DNA of 57,162 bases, the filler included, from Squatina squatina (lineage: Eukaryota): assembly GCA_031763465.1 (NCBI GenBank). It is 4 parts of 3 records of this genome, joined end to end, with 100 filler letters (N's around TTAATTAATTAA, not from the genome) between each part and the next. Parts side by side here need not be neighbours in the genome. Positions count along the whole stretch, not along the records: positions 41,518 to 57,162 come from JARFOE010000001.1; 3 more parts are not named here. One strand, written 5' to 3'. Position 1 is the first letter of the stretch. Each line of letters opens with the position of its first letter. Positions 53,252 through 57,162 of this stretch are shown piece after piece. The notes below the pieces were generated by a model. It was not told the DNA's origin, searched no databases, and saw only the letters and a program-made list of their open reading frames with translations. The translations under genes and the position numbers were made by a program.

Positions 53252-54042
53252 TTAAAAAGGAGTTATTAAGTACTATAGTGTTGCTGAGATTAGAACAGTA
53301 CAGGAATATTAGTATTACAATTAGCAAAGTAACCCTGGAAGAACTTATTATCCATTCCTTGCCATAATGTGCCCTTAGAATTATGGAAACTTTGTTCTCT
53401 TACCAAATAACTGACAACACAGAAGAATTGAACAAAGTTATCTCAAAGTCAGTCATACATTTTTGCTATAACAGTTTTGCATTGCCCAAAAAATATATAA
53501 CAGGTGCAGCTCTTGCTAATTAATGGTCAGTGAATAATACACTTACAAAGCTACAACANNNNNNNNNNGGCAAAGTAAAAAATGCACTTCATTTTGGAAG
53601 GTTATGTAAGTGGGTGTGAAGCCAATTAATTTGTTAAACTGTGATTTTGTGCTTTCAAAAACTCATTTACAAATGAAATGTCTTCTCTAATTATTTGTAT
53701 TTTAATAGTGCTGCCCATAGAGAAAATAAAAATTGGTGTCTGTGTTCCTATCAATATGACCTATTGTTCATAGGAATTAATTTTAAATGCAGTTATCGCT
53801 TATTGTAACACAAATATATAAAGAACTGTCAGAGGTTAATTTGTGTGACAGNNNNNNNNNNNNNNNNNNNNNNNNNNNNNNNNNNNNNNNNNNNNNNNNN
53901 NNNNNNNNNNNNNNNNNNNNNNNNNNNNNNNNNNNNNNNNNNNNNNNNNNNCTTTGAATCATGCATCACAGAAGAGACATAAATGAAATGGAAAAATGAT
54001 TCAACAAATACTGTACCTTGTTTACCTGTACGGAACACACAC

Positions 54043-54108
54043 CTGACAAAACGCAATCTTCACATCCAGGATAGGTTCACTGCAGTAGTACAAGAAATGT
54101 CGGCTCAT
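54043..54108 (-). CDS. MAPK10: MAPK10/JNK3 first coding exon (CDS part; exon 54043-54114)
   Basis: ctgcag/GTATTT ATG; MSRHFLYYCSEPILDVKIAFCQ, then GTGTGT. Matches the JNK3-specific N-terminal extension and is in frame with 53245. Confidence 0.95.
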
Positions 54109-54854
54109 AAATACCTGCAGGGGAAATGAAAATGGAAATATAGTTTGAGGTTCAATTTTCACATTGAAATTATCCTCTCTGAATTGAACAAGTTAAATTA
54201 ATGCTGTAGTGGCATGTAAATTAGATGTTGCTTTATACATATTTGCTATGTTTGCTCTGGACCCATAAATTATTCGTCATACTAGATCTTTTCCAATGCA
54301 TTAGAACTGCAGTCAGTTCTACTTAAGTCAAAACCCAACAAGGGAATAGTTCTCTTAATTGGAAAGGTATTGAAAAACCCAAAACTGTTTCAATTTACAC
54401 CTACCTCATTCATTATGCTAAACTTGCATTATACATTTTCTTATGCTCATCCATCAATTTTGGGTTAGCTTTCCAATTTAATAGAAACCAGCCAGCAATT
54501 TGTTTATTAAGACCAATTTAGAAAGAAGATACCTCATTACGCTGAAATATTTAGAAGGACAGTGCTTTATATATCAAGTGGGGACTTGGGGGATGCTGTA
54601 GGATATGCCATTGCTTTAAATAAAATTCTGGGCTTGAACTTGATCAACCTCGTACTCCTTGTTTGCAGGCTGAGAATTTGGCATATGTGGCATCTGATTG
54701 TATTAAGTAAATATACCGTTTAAGTACATATTCAAAAGCATTTGATAGCATGAANNNNNNNNNNNNNNNNNNNNNNNNNNNNNNNNNNNNNNNNNNNNNN
54801 NNNNNNNNNNNNNNNNNNNNNNNNNNNNNNNNNNNNNNNNNNNNNNNNNNNNNN

Positions 54855-55916
54855 TGCATCTGGGAGGTCATTGAGGCTCTGTACTCCAGGAGAAGGAACT
54901 CCATTATCTTCTCTCTTCACAGAGAGAAGCATGAGGAGGTTTTGCCAGGATATCGGGCTTCCCCATGGTGCAGGGCGCCATGGACTGCGCACACGTGGCT
55001 TTGCGGGCACTACATATCGATGCTGCGATGATACCATACTGCAAAGGCTACCACTCACTTAATATGCAGTGTTGTGCAACCACTCCCGGTACATCATGGT
55101 GGTGAATGCCCAGTATCCTGACAGCAGTCATGATGCCTTCATCCTGTGCCAGTCCGGTATGCCAGCAATCTTCCAGCCACCATGCCGAACCCAAGGGTGG
55201 GTGCTAGGCGAAAAGGGATATCCGCTCTATATCTGGCTAATGACTCTCCTTTTTTGCTCCCAGGAACTTCAGCTTAGCGCTCCAAGAAGGGAATGGAGTG
55301 TTAAATCAAACACTAACCACTTCTCTTACGGCATTTAAGTGTGTGAAAGGGGTGGTAGTGACAGAGCACAGAAGAATGTTCAGTGCAGAGCTGCCGGCAT
55401 CAGAGGCTTCTTTCCTCACTTTAAGGGAGGGGCTAATGATGTTTTGCAACATTCTTCTTCTTGCTTCTGTGGGGCCAGGGAACCTATGTGACTTCCATTA
55501 CAGCCCCAATCACTGTCAGAGAGTGGAGGGCTGAGGCAGCGTGCAGCAATGAGCTGGCAGAAACATTCAGCAGGCACCAGACTGGTGCGAAGAATAAAGT
55601 TTGGCCTACCTGATCACCACTGCCTTTAATTACCATTCCCCAAGTGGTCAGCTGAGGTGACAACGCCTCCTGTTGCTGCCGTTGTTGACGCCCCGGCGAT
55701 GCAGCAGGGGGCGGGAGCAAATACCACATCCGAGGCGGTAACGGGTGCTGCATACCTGATGATGTCATGATCTACGGGGCGCAAGAGACTGAGGCGGTAA
55801 GTGTTAGTGCCAGTGCAAAACTGCCAGGGAAGTTTGCGGGCATCCGGTTGGTAACCGTTGGCACCCCGTTACCGCAGGCGCTAATGGGAGGCACAATGCA
55901 GCTGAATTTTTTCCCC
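54855..55916 (+). mobile_element. PIF/Harbinger transposon remnant (DDE_Tnp_4/HARBI1-like transposase, frameshifted) with right end
   Basis: CIWEVIEALY, FARISGFPMVQGAMDCAH, KGYHSLNMQ and CNH..IMVVNAQYPDSSHDAFIL...GWVLGEKGYPL.IWLMT across 54855-55250; GC-rich subterminal region ending GCTGAATTTTTTCCCC. Confidence 0.82.
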
Positions 55917-56629
55917 TGAGTTTGTTCCAATGGAATTCATCACATAGTTATTCCACATGTAACCCACCCTTGAGTACGCAGGGTAGCCACTTAAGTTTCA
56001 TGCTGAAAAATGGTGTATTTTAAATTACTGTTTATTTTATTTTAGTAATTTGTATCCTTTTTTATCTAGGCTAATTGAAAAGGCATTGTCGAATTAAATG
56101 ATTATGCCATATGATTTTGAAAAGTAAATACTTCTATATTAAAAGTATGCTTGCAACACTGAGTGTTGCAACCTTTCAGCTTTATGCTGAATTTAAAATG
56201 GGGAATCCAACTCCAGCACTAGATCCTAGTATCTGCACACCNNNNNNNNNNACATACAACATTTCAGTTGCAAGCACTCTTTAATAAATTAATGGCTAAG
56301 AGGCTGAGCCTGCAGTTAACAATGGACAAATGGTATATTTCTGTTGAAAAAAGCTCAAACATATTGTCCATGTTGCTCACTGGAGTACCTTTTACATCAA
56401 TCTACTCCTACCTCATGTTCTCACTAAGCACTTCCTGTATTTATCATCTAGATGACATAATGTATCATCAGACAGCCTGGGATTGATGTGTGTCATTGGA
56501 AAGAGAAACAGAAATATGAAATAAATGTAAAACCATAAATGGTGGCATGACAAGAAGCAAGGTGGCATGAACCCTGGATTTTGTGGGGTTGGAAATTCAC
56601 TGGGAATATAAACCTAGAAATTACGATAG

Positions 56630-57045
56630 AAGACTTATATTCGCTCGAGCTTAGAAGAATGAGAGGGGATCTCATTGAAACTTACAAAATTCTAACAGGA
56701 CTGGACAGACTAGATGCAGGAAGGCTGTTCCCGATTGCGGGTGAGTCCAGAACAAGGGGTCACAACCTAAGCCATTTAGGACTGAGATGAGGAGGAATTT
56801 CTTTACCCAGAGAGTGGTGGACCTGTAGAATTCTCTACCACAGAAGGCAGCTGAGGCCAAATCATTAAATATATCATTAAGAAGGAGTTAGATATAGCTC
56901 TTAAGGCTAAAGGGAGCAAGGGATTGGGGGAAAAAGCAGGGACAGGGTACTGAATTTGGAAGATCAGCCATGATCTCATTGTATGGTGGAGCAGGCTCGA
57001 AGGCCCGAATGGCCTACTCCTGCTCCTATTTTCTATGTTTCTATA
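56630..57045 (+). mobile_element. CR1-type LINE 3' end (5'-truncated)
   Basis: LYSLELRRMRGDLIETYKILTGLDRLDAGRLFPIAGESRTRGHNL, then the 3' hairpin GGAGCAGG...CCTGCTCC and TTTCTATG tail. Confidence 0.92.
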
Positions 57046-57162
57046 TATGTGTATGAAATTACATTTCCCACAGAGTTGTTAACTCAAGCTGGTTAATGCC
57101 TCCATTCAAAGAGCACATAAAATAATTTCATTCAGATCCATTAGGCACTTGCATGCTAACGT

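Noticed and set aside
55069-55338. Domesticated HARBI1 gene
   Set aside because: Frameshifts, a substituted catalytic motif (GEKGY for GDKGY) and an adjacent transposon end indicate a decayed element.

Overview
This is eukaryotic vertebrate DNA, most likely a cartilaginous fish (shark-type CR1/L2 LINEs, Deu-domain SINEs, Penelope and Harbinger remnants). It is not one contiguous locus. Three artificial 100-bp linkers (44 N + TTAATTAATTAA + 44 N at 15178-15277, 28401-28500, 41418-41517) join four unrelated scaffolds, each built from 0.3-3 kb contigs separated by mostly 100-N gaps. Scaffold 1 carries GAREM2 exons (+) tail-to-tail with HADHA exons (-). Scaffold 2 carries a possible TERB1 exon (-), a CA7 exon (+), the RRAD last exon (-) and two carboxylesterase exons (+), in the order and orientation I recall for human 16q22. 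Scaffold 3 has only unidentified candidate exons (-) and repeats. Scaffold 4 carries six MAPK10/JNK3 exons (-). Almost all ORFs in the supplied track are spurious, and several real exons are missing from it. I found no convincing undescribed biological system. The best second-look items are a near-intact minimal hammerhead ribozyme in a Penelope-type repeat inside a MAPK10 intron, a 21-bp-phased array of CCAAGGTCA (NR5A/ERR-type) motifs in a carboxylesterase intron, a motif shared by Harbinger-type element ends, and a YCAY cluster at the JNK alternative-exon position. Gene identities rest on my recollection of vertebrate protein sequences, not on database searches.
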